This document shows positions 38,793 through 52,325 of a DNA stretch of 64,000 nucleotides, one piece after another. The position numbers and the translations under genes were made by a program. The stretch is from Antedon mediterranea (taxonomy: Eukaryota; Animalia; Echinodermata). Numbering within the stretch: position 1 is the first letter of the stretch; every line of letters begins with the position of its first letter. The notes under the pieces are model-generated. The model was not told the DNA's origin. It did no database searches and worked only from the letters and a program-made list of their open reading frames with translations. The stretch lies in contig NC_092679.1 in the NCBI RefSeq assembly GCF_964355755.1, forward strand, positions 18,707,432 through 18,771,431. The letters run 5' to 3'.

Positions 38793-39404
38793 TGAGAATT
38801 ATTTAATGAAGAAATATGTATATGAAAAATGTCCAGCAGTCTACTTACGACCATGTCCATATAATTCTACTGACGACCATGTCCATATAATTCTACTGGA
38901 TGTGATGAAGAAGCCTCCTATATCCGGACAGTGAATTAAAAAACATTCCACACACAGAACTGTGGCACTCGCCTAAGATTGGTTTATGACGTTAGCAGCA
39001 AAGAAAATAAATTAGGTTAGGTGTACCATTGTGACAAGGTACATATGGTGGAAGACAGTTAGTACAATTGTCAAAAGACAAATACTACTACTGTTATGTA
39101 ATGGTAAAAGATGTCAAAGTGTAGTCTGCAAGGTGCACGGCCGTCGAATATAGATCGGTTCAAACTACTACTGTTATGTAATAGTAAAAGATGTAATAAA
39201 GTATGAAGTGCCATACGTTCAAGGCTTTAAAGTAAAAAATGACAAATGTTAATCTATATTAAAATGATTTTAAAGTAACATATCTGCTTTGTTCTCAAAC
39301 TATATCTTTATTGAATTTTACATACAAATCAAATAAAAATCGTATACAAAATTTACCTATTGATATTAGTATTTGATGATGACATATCGTTAAAATACTA
39401 CTAC

Positions 39405-39431
39405 CATGGAACTATAAAATTTAGCTCCATG
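39405..39431. mobile_element. 27-bp palindrome with near-perfect 7-bp TSD
   Basis: CTACTAC-catggaactataaaatttagctccatg-CTAGTAC. Confidence 0.6.
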
Positions 39432-39639
39432 CTAGTACAGTAAATTAAATAGATTTGCATGACTTATTTTGGTGGACATAAATGACTTTGCGGATCAAAA
39501 ACTTCTTAAATGAAGTGAGCCCTCAATTCCTTTATTCCCTTTCTGAGGTATAATTATTTCTGAGGTAGAAATATATATGCAAATTTGATCCACAACGGTT
39601 TATTAAGATTAATTATTAGTCCAAGAAAGCAAACCTTAC

Positions 39640-40090
39640 AGTTTGCAAACTCCGAGTTTCGTAAGAAAGGAGATATCAAAGTTTGTCAGCGTAGACAAGT
39701 AGCAAACTTCGACAAACTGCAAAAACAAGTTTGCAGAAGCTGTGCCTACACAACAAAACAAACAGTTTGAAAAGAAAAGTTTTCCAAAGTTTTTTGTCGG
39801 TTGACAAGTTGCAGAAAAGAAGTTGGCAGAGGTCTGTGCTGGCAAACTTTTGTTTGAAAATTTGAGCAAACTTTGAGTTTGCCAGGAAAAGTTTTTAAAC
39901 TTTACTAGTGTATACCACCAGTTGATAAACTTCGACAAACTACAGAAAATGAGTTGGCAAAAGTCTACGTTGGCAAACTTTTGTTTGAAAACTCTTTGAG
40001 TTTGACAAGAAAAGTTGGTAAGTGTAGACCAGTTGACAAACTACAGAAAACTAATTTGCAGAAGGCTACACTTAGCAAACACAGAGTCAC
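39640..40090. repeat. Subrepeat-rich dispersed element in the Dispatched 3' region
   Basis: Block gtgtagaccagttgacaaact.cagaaaactaatttg.agaa is shared with 27217-27260; related sequence occurs at ~33580-33790. Confidence 0.7.
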
Positions 40091-40264
40091 TGTAGACTTT
40101 ACTTTTGCTCTTTCAAGATAAAGATCACAAATTATCAGTACTATAACAATGCATTTTGACTGAAAAACTATAATGTATATTTTAAGCAAAACATTGAGAG
40201 ATTTTGGGAAAGTTAACAAACCCATTCTTGCCTCTAAACACAAGGTGGGATTATATCTCATGAA

Positions 40265-43200
40265 CTACCGTATTGGTACCCATATATCTTCTATTGTAGG
40301 ATCATTGTTTGGTATCATATCAGAGTTAGGCACACTATGGTAAACCCGTGTTAAAAACCTTTCATCTTCCAAAATTCTTTCCGCTCTCAAATGTTCAAAA
40401 TTATCTGGATGTAAAATCTGTATAGCAGCTTCCCCGAGTCTTAAATCTTTGGTATTTAATCTTTGAGTGTCTAGATGTGGTGTGTCCCACATTGGGATTT
40501 CACGACTATTATTCAAAGTTGTTACGTTATTATGCGTGTTATGGTCCCAACTTGGAGGAATTCTAACAAGAGTTTTTAAAACCGGTATTGTTTGTTGCCC
40601 ATTATCATGAAGACATTCCAACTCCACAGAATCAGAAGATTGTGGCATACTCGATGATTGGAACGACACACTATAATCTCTCAGTCTATGCTTAGATGGT
40701 GATTTGTTACAATGTGCTTTTTTACAGCATTTCATAGCTGTGAGTCCGAAATCTTTTTCAGGCCCAACAAAGTGGCACACCGATTGAAAGAACAATGTAG
40801 AGTACAACCATGTGATGGTCATGATAAGCATCAGAAAGATGCCCATCCGAGTATATGATAAAATTGTGGATGGCATCATGAACGCTCCAGCAACGAACGT
40901 GGTCAACGCTGCCATTGATATTGCACACCCCATCTGCGATACAGAGAATATAACTTTCGATTCACGATCTTTCTCCTGAGCTAATTGATATGCGACACCG
41001 TAATGAACAGTGAAATCTATTGAAAGACCAACAGCTATGGAAATGATGACTGACTCCAGGATATTCAGCTCCCAACCGAGGAATACTAAAATACCGATTG
41101 TCAGAAAAATTGCACCAGATATTGAAAGCATTGCATACAAAGTTATAAGAAGATTCCTAGTAGTTAGTAATAGTACTATGGTAGCAATTGATACTGAAAG
41201 CATGAGTGAATTTGGTGTTCCAACTGCGAGGTGATGTTGCAAATCGTAAAATGTAAGTAAACTTTCATCCGCTATGGCCCAGCCATTTTTCAAACCTTTC
41301 GGAGCAGTTTCTAGCTCTTTATCTAACCAATCGTTTATACCATTCCAAAAATCATTTACTTTTCCATAAACAACAGAATATTCAAATTCTGCCTCAAATG
41401 TTACTAAAACAACACTAATCCTATCGTCATCTTTATGAAACTTTGGACCGCCAACGGTTCCATCAAAATAAATTAATAAATCATCGTACAGATACAGCAC
41501 TAGTTCTTTCAGGCAGTATTCAAAAACAGGTCGAGAGTAAGGAAATTTTGTATGATTACAACATGGGGAAACGTCTATTCCTGATGGAGTCAAACATGGA
41601 TTCTCTGTCATCCAATCACGGAACCCTTCCATAAAACATGATTCCGGATGATATCCTAAGGTTGGCTTATAAAATGTTTGTTCACGTAATCTTTGGCAAA
41701 ATCCATACATCCACTGTTGAGAATCAGGACTAGAAATATCAAAGGAATCATCCAGTACCAAATGCCCGGCATCATCCGGATCCCAGTGATTCCCATTGTC
41801 TACAGCACGTACGCCAAAAATTATATTCACTGGAATCGAATTTGATAGTTCATCATCGCCATCTTGAACATTTTCAAATCTAAACAAATGTCTGTATACC
41901 TGATCGTATTTCTCAAACGGATGCGAACTTTGCAAAAGTTGAAATTCTGACACTGTTGGCAAACTTAAGCCTGGAGTTACAAATATCAAAATAGCACCAG
42001 ATATTGCTAAGCTAAAAAATAATAATAACCAAAATATTCTTAAACGAATAATTATACATGGTAATAACTTTTCAAAAAATATTCTAGAATATTCACTAGC
42101 TTGATATCGTAGCTTACGAAAAAACAAAAAAAATTTATCAAAATAAGTTTTTTGGTTTCTCTGGTTTATGCAAGTCACTTTTTGGCTTATCAAATCATGT
42201 ATAATAACGACAGCAGGCAGCCACGTAATTGTCAGTAAGAAATTAAACATGATTGCGGTTCCTGCGTAAATCGCAAAACAACGAATAGCCGTAATTGAGC
42301 TAATAGCGTTTACGTAAAATGCAGCTGCCGTAGTGAAGCTAGTAACAAACATTGTGAGAACGGCGTGACGTAGAGTCTCGATCATAATTATTAATAATGG
42401 CGTATGTGGTCTTTCAAATCGTAGTTTTTTCCAAACATCGCAGAAAATAAACGTGTCGTCTGCACCAATCCCGACAAGTAAAATAATAGCACATAGGTTC
42501 ATGAATGGGAAGAATACTAATCGAAAAACGACGACGTAAAAAAAGTACGAGAAAATAAGCGACATTATAATACTTGTGATACTCATAATCGTAATAAATA
42601 ATGAGCCAATGTAGACCCACATTATAAAGAAAACAAACGACACACCAAGAGCAGGATATACCGTATCTGATATCAAATAATCAACAAACAACGAATCTTT
42701 CATCCCGAAATCGATACCAGCAATTTCGGTTTCTCCATCCGATATATCTGAATCTTTAAAATTATCAATATATATATCTTTTAAATGATTTTCCCCTTTT
42801 GTAATTGGAGCAATAACCATCGTCGCTTTTGGACGAATGTTATTTGGATTTTCAATGCTAAGAAAATCAGTGCTTAAGACGTACTGAAACAACATATAGA
42901 CCGCGTTGAAACGTGTGCAATTTGTCGGTACTGCGTAACAATACTCATTGCGTTTCGAATTTGTACTATAATCCCAGCACAATCTTGTTAGCGTCCTTTT
43001 ATGGAAATAATCCGCACAAAATTGAAGTAACTCTATTGCGTACGTAACATCTTCTTGTTTAACATCAAAACAAGATGATCTATTGCGAAGAAGAGCGATG
43101 TAATTTCCTAAAGATTTACTTGGACAACAATCAAAGTTTTGACGCAAACAATACTTGTTGAAATCAATATGGCTACGGACACGTAGTTCATCGACCTTAC

Positions 43201-45406
43201 AAACAGAATGAATCGCTGGTAATGAAATTAATGAATACCCAGGTTCCGATACAAAAGCTATTCTGGCATCATAATCACCATCTGTGATTTAACAAGAACA
43301 AAATACATTAATAGAAAACCTTCCTTCATGATTTAAATTTGATGCGAAAATTAAAAAGAAGATTATGAGCAAAGATGTTATTATATGCCTATTTCATCTA
43401 TATCATTTCAAACAGAAGATGAACTCAGATTTGGATTATAAATTAAATGTAAAACTGAAATTATAATTACAGAATAGGAAGTTTGACCGGACGTTGTCAA
43501 TAATGTCGTAGACTTATTAAAAAATTTGAAATTTTCCTGCTGTACTCCGCAGGTTGGTTTCAATCATGCATTATCCATTTTTCTCAACATGTTTACAAAA
43601 ACCTCAATGTGTAATGTACCACCAATCATGAGGATATATCCTAATAATGCATACCTAATATCATGGAAACACAATAGACGTGTTATGTACTGAACATCAG
43701 ATAGTAAAAACTATACTTACATCGTTCACTGCAGAAGAACGAGTCAACAGTATCCAAATATTCATCGGAGGATGACATCAAAGATGACGACGAGGATGAT
43801 GAATCATCAGTTGAATCAGCAGGTTCGTTGAGGTAACCCATAGTGTCAATATCACGTATAACACGATTGTCCGACGCAAAATCCTCAAAGTAGTCAGCTG
43901 TGTCATGTAACGTCGGATAGAAGGATAACGATCCCTCTACTACTTTGGATTCTTCGATGTATTGGTTCCAGCTCGAGATGCGACTTTTTATGTCAGTACC
44001 CCTTGCTTCAAAACCCTTGAAAATATAACACAGTACTGACATATTTAAATAAAAAAATATGTATACAAATTATACTGCTTGGGAAGACCCTCAGGATCAA
44101 ACAAAGGTTCCCCTCAATTGGAATGTTCCTCTGAATAGAGAGTGTCTTAAAGGAAGTGTTCTAAAACATGGCTTATATCTCAGCCTGTAAGTTGTTTAGA
44201 AACTTGGAGTTAAATGTATTCTGCCATTATATAAATATTTGTACGCAGCTTTTTTTTTTACTGTGGCCCCTGTCTATTGAATATGGTCCCTTGTCTATTG
44301 AATATGGTCCCTTGTCTATATAATATGGCCCCTGTCTATTGAACATGACCCCCTGTCTGTTGAATATAGCCCCCTGTCTATTGAATATGGCCCGATGTCT
44401 ATTGAATATGGCCCCACCTTCTCATTTGAATATGGCCCCCTGTCTATTGAATATGGCTCCCGTCTATTGAACATGGCCCCCTGTGTATTGAAAATATGCC
44501 CCTGTCTATTGAATATGGCCCCCTGTTTATTGAAGATGGCCAACTTTTCAACGCTTAGTTACCTTAATTGGGTCACTGAAATCTGGAATGTTGTAGCATA
44601 AGAATGTAATTAGGCCGCATGTAAGGAAACCTACGAAAATGACAACAATCATAAGAGCTGAGCACCACAACTTGCTCAGCATCAAAGCATACCTAGGAAA
44701 ACAAAAACAAGGGTACGTATTATATTAGATTGAAGTCCACCTGCAACAATATGGATATAATACATAAAAAATTATACTAAAACATTAAAATTTGAAACAA
44801 ATAGAAATGGTTGATTTTTAAAATGATATTACATCAAACACAAGGAGATATTCTTTTTTTTTTTATTCTCATTTTTAGGCAAATTGCCAAGGATAACCAC
44901 AATTCACTATCCTTCTCAAAGGTGGCAATCCCATTCACAAGACAAACATATACACAAGATGCTCTACATAAACAAAGACATTAAGTCTTTGGGAGTGGAG
45001 TTGTTAATTGTCATGAGAAAAAAAACCTGACATATGACAGGACTTGAACCCAGGACCCTTAGATTGGTAGCCAAGCATCATAACCACCAAGCTACAGCTA
45101 CGTATATGTTAATGCTAAATTAAATTCTGGGGTAGAATACTGTAATTAAGCAATGATGGATTGGTCTACTCAATGATGCGGAACCAAGTAAATCTTTTTA
45201 TCTAACATAAAATTATCCTATCCATTCCACTCATAATCATTCATTATTTGTATACCAACAGCTTTAGCCTGAATGTAAAGTCCTGAATAATTTGGTAGCT
45301 CTATTAACAACAATATTAATTCTACCAGGCCTACATACTGGAAACATATCTTGTGGCTCAGCTGCCTAGCCCAGTAAAGTCTCACATCGTCCCCGTTTTC
45401 ATGCAT
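40265..45406 (-). CDS. DISP1: Protein dispatched (Hedgehog-release RND transporter), 1169 aa
   Basis: Exons 45339-45406, 44563-44692, 43721-44015, 40265-43281 total 3510 nt in frame. Motifs: PDFSDPIKGFEARGT, CCPSKSLGNYIA, sterol-sensing FFPFMNL..GIGADDTF, TMFVTSFTTAAAFY, LGWELNILES, GLSIDFTVHYGVAY. The large last exon is typical of Disp. An in-frame stop lies upstream of the ATG. Confidence 0.95.
44262..44542. repeat. Minisatellite, ~21-22-bp unit (atatggccccctgtctattga), about 13 copies
   Basis: Tandem array ending about 20 nt from a Dispatched donor site. Confidence 0.93.
45028..45100 (-). mobile_element. Degenerate tRNA-derived SINE head
   Basis: Reverse complement shows tagcttggtgg (A box) and ggttcaagtcc (B box). 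Similar remnants occur at ~48838-48908 and ~59505-59565. Confidence 0.55.
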
Positions 45407-46714
45407 TCTATATTACAATCAGTCTAGTTCCATTTGATCTAAAAAAAATATAAAGAACAAAAGATGCATATGCACTTATTTAACAAAAACTATAAAACAC
45501 ATTTTTTTATTCATGAATTATACATAATTTACTCTTTATTCATTTATAAATTCATGATTTATCTAATCAAAACAAAACAAGTTTGCATAAAAGCTGTTTT
45601 TCCAATCTACATTGATTTCATAAAATAAAACCAAATGTGCTTTTTAAAATCTAACATAGAAGGAAAATATCAATTACCGCTTGCAGGATTCGAAATGACG
45701 AACAAAATTAGGAAGTTTGTTTTTTGATCCAGGGATTAGTTTAAACTATAGGTCATGTTTGACTGATTTTCCCTGATTGACATGTGTGTGCTGATATTTT
45801 ATTATTGTTTAATAATTAGAAAGAAAGATAAATATATATAATATAATAATTTATTTGGAAGCTACACTTTTGAAACAGTGGCACACTTTTTGAATGAAGG
45901 TGCGTCCAGAGTAAGTAAAATAAAAGTTAGAGAAAAAAAAAAATTATTTAACAATAGGCCTATTTACACTTTAATTGTTTTGGTACAACTACTGGAACTT
46001 GGAAAGGATTTGAATCGAGAACCCTGGCATTGGATAACAAGTATGTCAAACACTAAGCATGTGCCAATAAAATAATCCTATGCATAGTGTAGCAAATAAA
46101 ATCTAGTTAAGACCTTTTTTACTGATTTCAAATACCCATTGACCTGTTTACAACCTTTTTTAGGGTTTCTTAAGACTTCTACTGTTAAACAATCGAGCTA
46201 TATCACTATGGCTAAACAGTAGCCTTTTATTAATCCACTATTATCTAAATATTACTATGATTTCATTCAGTATAGAGAAATAAAAACAAATCCCTATATC
46301 ATGCCTCACTGGATCGGAAGTTGTGAAGAATGGTCGTACTTATGTGAGTTATCCAATGACTTCCTATAGGCCAGATCCAGACAGGAACTATAGTATATCG
46401 ATTTATCTTACGCTGTCAACATAATAATATCTTACTAATGCCATTGGAAAAGTAGTGACCTAGAAACATTGATGTTTTGAATTGATATGTTTTTTATGCA
46501 AAAGATATGTTTAGTTTTGCAGTACTTTTAATTTAATATTGTACCAGATAGAATTGAAGGTCACCTTTCTGTCAACGGTAACTAACCAGAAATACATTTG
46601 TTCTCAATTTTGCCTTATAGATTTTTAACCAGATTTTTATCTTTGTTTATAATCATCGTACACTTTGAAATATTGAGTATGAATAAAAAGAAATCATCGT
46701 TTACAACCAAAAAA

Positions 46715-46946
46715 AGACTATTTGATAATAGAATGAAAACTTTGATTGCAAAATTCCTGACAATTAAGGTGTTTACAACCAATCAGGTTGTATAGAAAAA
46801 GACAACAAAAAAAGCAGAAAATTACTCATAAAAAGAACTATAATTTGATAACAGAATGAAAACTTTGATTGCAAAATTCCTGACAATTAAGGTGTTTACA
46901 ACCAATCAGTTGTATTGAAAAACACCACACAAAAAGCAGAAAAATC
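46715..46946. repeat. Tandem duplication of ~120 bp
   Basis: tttgataa.agaatgaaaactttgattgcaaaattcctgacaattaaggtgtttacaaccaatcag occurs twice. Confidence 0.88.
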
Positions 46947-47367
46947 ATTGACTGTGGTTGATGAAGGTGAAAAAACCTTTACACTATTGTACTGTATCAA
47001 ATTGTATTATTTATACTGCAAAGATGATTGTAGTTGATTTATATAGTAGTATTAAAGATTTATTGATTGAGTCAAGTCACATTATAAAACCTATTTAAAA
47101 AGAGCCGACAATTATTCATCAAAAACCCGAAGGCTGAAGGAAAAGAAAGCTTTACAGTACTGTATTATATTATATTTTCTACTGAAAAGATTATTTAATA
47201 AAGATTCACAAATAAGGATTCATATAATACTATTTGCACAAAGCAGCATCAAATAATATGAAGCTGCTTACAATCATACTAACAGCACACTTCAAGGACA
47301 AAACAGTAGTTTGTCTGTGCAAAACATATCAAAAGTATAATTTTATAGGATTGGTTGGAAAATTAAA

Positions 47368-47722
47368 GAGCTTTGTAGAAATGATAAGTGACATTGAGAG
47401 CTGAACTGTTTCAACCGCCTCTATCCACCAAACCACATTCTCCCTCCTAGGAATCACCAGATCTAAGTAATCCATATTTACGCATTATGTTCGGATTAAT
47501 GCTAATCCATAATCCAAACTATAAATAAAAGTATGTTTGGGTCCAGAGAGCCTTGTAGAATGATAAATTCCGTTTTTTAAGCTAATAACTCTCTCAACCG
47601 CCTCTATCTACCAAACCACATTATCCCTTAGGAATCACCACATCTAAGTAATCCATATTTACATAATCAAGTTTGATTAACGCTAATCCATAATCCAAAC
47701 TATAAATACAAATAAGTCCAGA
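47368..47722. repeat. Tandem duplication of ~180 bp
   Basis: tcaaccgcctctatc..ccaaaccacatt..taggaatcacca.atctaagtaatccatatttac..gctaatccataatccaaactataaata occurs twice. Confidence 0.88.
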
Positions 47723-47968
47723 AGAAAGTGTTATGGGAGGTGACCGCTTATGCAGATATACCACAGAAGTATAAATACAGTGTAGTGTTTTTGTCAAGAA
47801 TTGTACACAATGTCCAAATTTTACTGTATCCGCTATGCACAAAAACTGTAGGCAAAATGAATAAATGTCAGTTATGGGATGTGTCCACTTATGAGAGGTC
47901 CCAATGCACAGAAACTGTAGAAGGCACAGGAACTGTAGAAGGCACAGGTTAAGAGGCTGAACTTTATA

Positions 47969-48133
47969 AAGCTCTGTCTACACAGTTATCAAACTTTATG
48001 TGACAAAAAAATGTGATGTGCCTAAATATGGGAGTGATTTATGCTTCAATATGATAGTGATATGACATCATCATGTCCATAAGGGCACATCACATTTTTT
48101 TGTCACATTAAGTTTAATAGTGTAGTCAGAGCT
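47969..48133. mobile_element. MITE family A
   Basis: agctctgtctacac...gtgtagtcagagct. Confidence 0.85.
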
Positions 48134-48166
48134 TGTACAAGTACTGTAACAATCAAATATACTTAC

Positions 48167-48241
48167 ACCTTGTTCAGTCCAGTCCAGTTTAGACCACTAA
48201 GTTTTCATCAATGACCTTGAATTCTTCTAATAGATGTCTTT
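48167..48241 (-). other. Putative 5'UTR exon of Dispatched
   Basis: Pyrimidine-rich acceptor tttgttttgtttgtattcctttag and donor gtaagt; stops in all three frames. Confidence 0.4.
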
Positions 48242-48937
48242 CTAAAGGAATACAAACAAAACAAAGATTTATTCACATTTACAAAATCAAGTCTGGACAC
48301 AATAGAAACCTTAGTCAATTTAAGATCTGTTTTTACTACATCAGAAGTTTGAAATGACATTAAGTTCTATTCAGTTTATTCCTCATTTTCGTCTTGCGTT
48401 GCACTCAAATTAACTATAATTTGGAAAAAAATTTGGACGAGCTTAAATCGCAATATGCACGCACACAAATCTTGGACTAATTTACCGTTGATTTGTATAG
48501 TTGATTTTATTTTTTAATCCAATAACAATCCTCCTTGAACATTTAATTTAGTAACAAGGAAATCATTAGTGAACATTTGACGCCAAAAAAACATCAGCTG
48601 ATGTAATTACTACAAAATGTCACAATAATAGGTTGAACTAGAAGTATAGGTATACTAATTGTAATTGTGTTAATAATTAAACTGTGATAAGATAAAAAAG
48701 ATTAAATTGAACTGGAATGTTTTATTTCAGACACGTCCAACATCAAGTAATTCACAAATTACAGGTTGGATAAACTTATACAATGCTTATAAAATAATTC
48801 TCATCAGGGAATAGATACAGTCGTGAGTTACAACAATGGCACTAGGTCAGGATTAAACCGTAGACCTTGGTTTTGGAAGGCAAGCAGGTTAACCACTAAG
48901 CTACAACTCCACACATACATCCAACAGTTTGCTCTTG

Positions 48938-49020
48938 AGCTCTGTCTACACTATCAAACCTTATGTAAAAAAATCATATTTGGGCACATCATACTTTTTT
49001 TTTGAAAGTGTAGTCAGACT
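48938..49020. mobile_element. MITE family A, internally deleted
   Basis: agctctgtctacactatcaaac...agtgtagtcaga. Confidence 0.7.
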
Positions 49021-49609
49021 ATACAGTAAATAATGAAAACAATATGGAAAATATAATTATAATAATAGTAAAATTCTTTACTGATGTAATTTTGTACTGT
49101 TAAGTGTTATAAGAAAACTTATCTTCATCAAAAACACTCACTGTCACTATAGCAATATAGCATTTAACTATTAATAAATTATTGTTTGCAATATTTGTAA
49201 TTTTGAATAATACATTATGAGAATAATACAAACATGATATTGGAAATTGTTCTTTGTTCATTATAATTTTCATATACAGTTTCAAATTACATAAGTCAGT
49301 TCAAATGTCCATTATAGTTAATTGCAAACTTATTGGTGTCTAAATGGATCCGTATGAAATCAAGCTACGACATCGAGTAAATTTACGATGACAAGCGACA
49401 TAAAGCAAATAAATAAATTCATAACTAGGTTACCGTACACGAAAAACAAACTCCAAAAAAAATATTTACACTTGTGATTGTTGTTGAAGATGTAAATTGA
49501 TCAAATAATCGATAATTCTTAATTCAACTTGATACCGTAAAAGTTTAGCAAGAATAGTAGATACATTACATTTATTGAGTCATCATTCTACTGTACAATA
49601 AAGCATATA

Positions 49610-49733
49610 TTGTATGTGACAAAAAAATATATGGACATGATGTTATATTACTGCCATATTTGGACATATCACTACCATATTTGGGCACATCACACTTTTT
49701 GTGTCAAAATAGTTTGATAGTGTAGACAGAGCT
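49610..49733. mobile_element. MITE family A, one end truncated
   Basis: Internal repeats plus gtttgatagtgtagacagagct. Confidence 0.8.
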
Positions 49734-52032
49734 TAGAGCATTAGTTCTGGAAATTGCATCGGGAGCATTCTATTCGTGTCAATTGATATGTCGTTGGTTT
49801 TTGTTGTTGGTCGTTGCCGCAAACTGTGTCAAAGTTGAGTATTGAAGAACATCCCAACTACCCAGAATTCGGAATATCACATAAGAAAAGTACATAAGCC
49901 ATCAAGTTGAAATTGGATATCTAAATACAGGCATCTATTTTGAAGATCAACAAAGATCCCATCTAACTATAAATATCACCAAGAATAATTTGATTGTCGT
50001 CTCTGGGGGACAATAGGGAGCTTTCAATTTGATAAGACCAACGACCGACCGGGGGACATCCATTAAGCCGATTGAAATTAATGCAATAAATTTATAATGT
50101 CAAATCAGACAACAAAATTAATTCGAAAATAATTCAATAATTATTTCAAATATTTAAATCAGGTCAAGCGATAGATGGTATGGAATTGGATGATGATGAT
50201 TTAAGGGTTAATTTATAATTGAAAAGAATGTTTGTGATAGCTATTCCTGATATCCTATTAAAATTATATCAGCTTGTTGCTTCTCAGCATTTACACACAA
50301 TATCTATAGCTTGTTGGTAGTATTGATATGCTAGTTTTGAACAAAATTAGTAGATGTATCGTCATCATATGGTTTTGGTTTTAAAGAATGTACGATAAAA
50401 GGGTGTGCTCATAATGTATATTTGGTATCTATATTCAATCATATAAGCATATATCCATTAAAAAAAATTGCAGCATAAAACGCTGAATTGTAGTATTTGT
50501 ACAAAAATGATTAATATTATAGACAAATTACACAAATTAATGATAGAATGATGATGTGTAAAAGGTTTTGTGTGATTATTTTCAGAACTTTCAAGATTTA
50601 AAAAATTGACTATAATTTTTTTTCTTTTTAATTTTATTTTATTCAATTTCCAGGTAACATACAAAAATCATAAACAAGGTACGGCATCATTCAACAAAAC
50701 AGAACAAAAGTACTATCAGCACCTGCGGGTAACCAAAAGTGGATCAGTTCAAAAGAACTGCACTGTCGAGTGGCTTTCCCAACTAATAGTACGAAAAACG
50801 CAATAATGATTACTATACTTTCTAATTTATTTTTTAATGACTTTTCAATTTTCAAAGTGTTCAATTTATGGAGATTTGACTATACAGCGATAAAAAGATT
50901 TGATTTGAAATGAATATGTTTTAAACTGTTTAAACATAACTTCAGAAGAAGCCTGGATACAAACAGAAACAATGTTGATTGCTTGCTGTTTCTATAGTTA
51001 CCTAATTAAAAAACAAATTGGTGTTAAGCACAGCTGGTTTGCAGGAAATTCATTTACAAATTAACATCAATTGTGACTACTTAACTGCCGGAAACATTTA
51101 AATTTATTTAATTATTTTTTTTCACAGAAAAAAATACTGTGTGTGTTGACCAACTATTAATCCGATACTCATCGAGTATATAATAAAACAAAACCCCAAA
51201 TATAGGCTAAATTTGGACACAAAACTGGTAAAAATCTATTGCTAAATATATAATGAATTCTCGGTATACAGTACAGCTATTAATTACTGCACTATTTCCA
51301 TGCATAACCTTTCATGCGCGAGGCATTCTTTTCTTATCACGAACCTATGAAGTATTGTCTTCTTATTCTGGGATCGGTCATATACAGTATAAAATAAACA
51401 ATTTTGTATTGCTTTGAATATTATTTGTCTTTAAAAAAAGAAAATTCAAGTATTTACAACCAAATCATGTTCTCTCTCAAACCATATCAGATACATATAC
51501 AGTACTCCAAAAATGTTGAATCTTTGGATAAATGGGCCATATACTTTTTAGGCCTACAGTTCATAATACATTTTCTAAATTTTAATTCAATGTTATTAAA
51601 TATCTATATTAATTATTAAAATAACTGAACAGTAAAAACTTATGCAGTATACTAGCAGTCAAAATACTCCTAATTTGAGTGACAAATAAAATGATGTATT
51701 TGACGTTGTGTTAAATTTTATGGGAGATAGGTAGATCTTAAAAGCAAACAATTTAATAAAGTCAACACATTAAGTTGTAGAGCTAACTGTATTCTTGAGT
51801 ATGGAGTGCAAACATGAATTAATCTACATCCCGTTTTCCACTTAAATTTTCATTCAGCACTATGGCCAGTTTATTGTGTCATTGGTCATCGCTTAGACCT
51901 ACAGTAGAATCAACTAAAAATGTCTTGAGGAATCAAGCGATAAATCTTCTAATATCCATGTATGTGCACAAAGCATTAACATTGTGTTACTAGTTTTTTT
52001 AATATTAATTAATATTATGACATCATCAAAAC

Positions 52033-52325
52033 AAAGATAACACTTTTGAAATATAATTGACTGAGCAAAAACATTTACAATTCAAAGACATACAGTAAGG
52101 TACTGTACAGAATAAATAATTTTATCTTTCTTTATAAAATTTCTAGAAGTACTAGAAAAGCGTATTTTGAGAAAAAAGATAATAAAACACTTTTGAAAGA
52201 TAATTGTCTGAGCAAGAACATTTACAATTCAAAGACATAAGGTACTACTATAAAAATGTATCCTTCTTTATAAAATTTCTTTTCTAAACTACTACTGTAC
52301 TTAGGAAGTACTAGAAAAGCATATT
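52033..52325. repeat. Tandem duplication of ~140 bp
   Basis: aacacttttgaaa..taattg.ctgagcaa.aacatttacaattcaaagacata..gaagtactagaaaagc occurs twice. Confidence 0.8.

Noticed and set aside
41010-42620. Antisense and alternate-frame ORFs in the large Dispatched exon
   Set aside because: They are shadow ORFs of the real CDS.
44316-44601. ORFs with GPYSIDR / IEYGP repeats
   Set aside because: They are products of the 21-22-bp minisatellite.
47621-47842. ORF within the 180-bp duplication
   Set aside because: The other copy has stops and frameshifts, and I recognised no homology.
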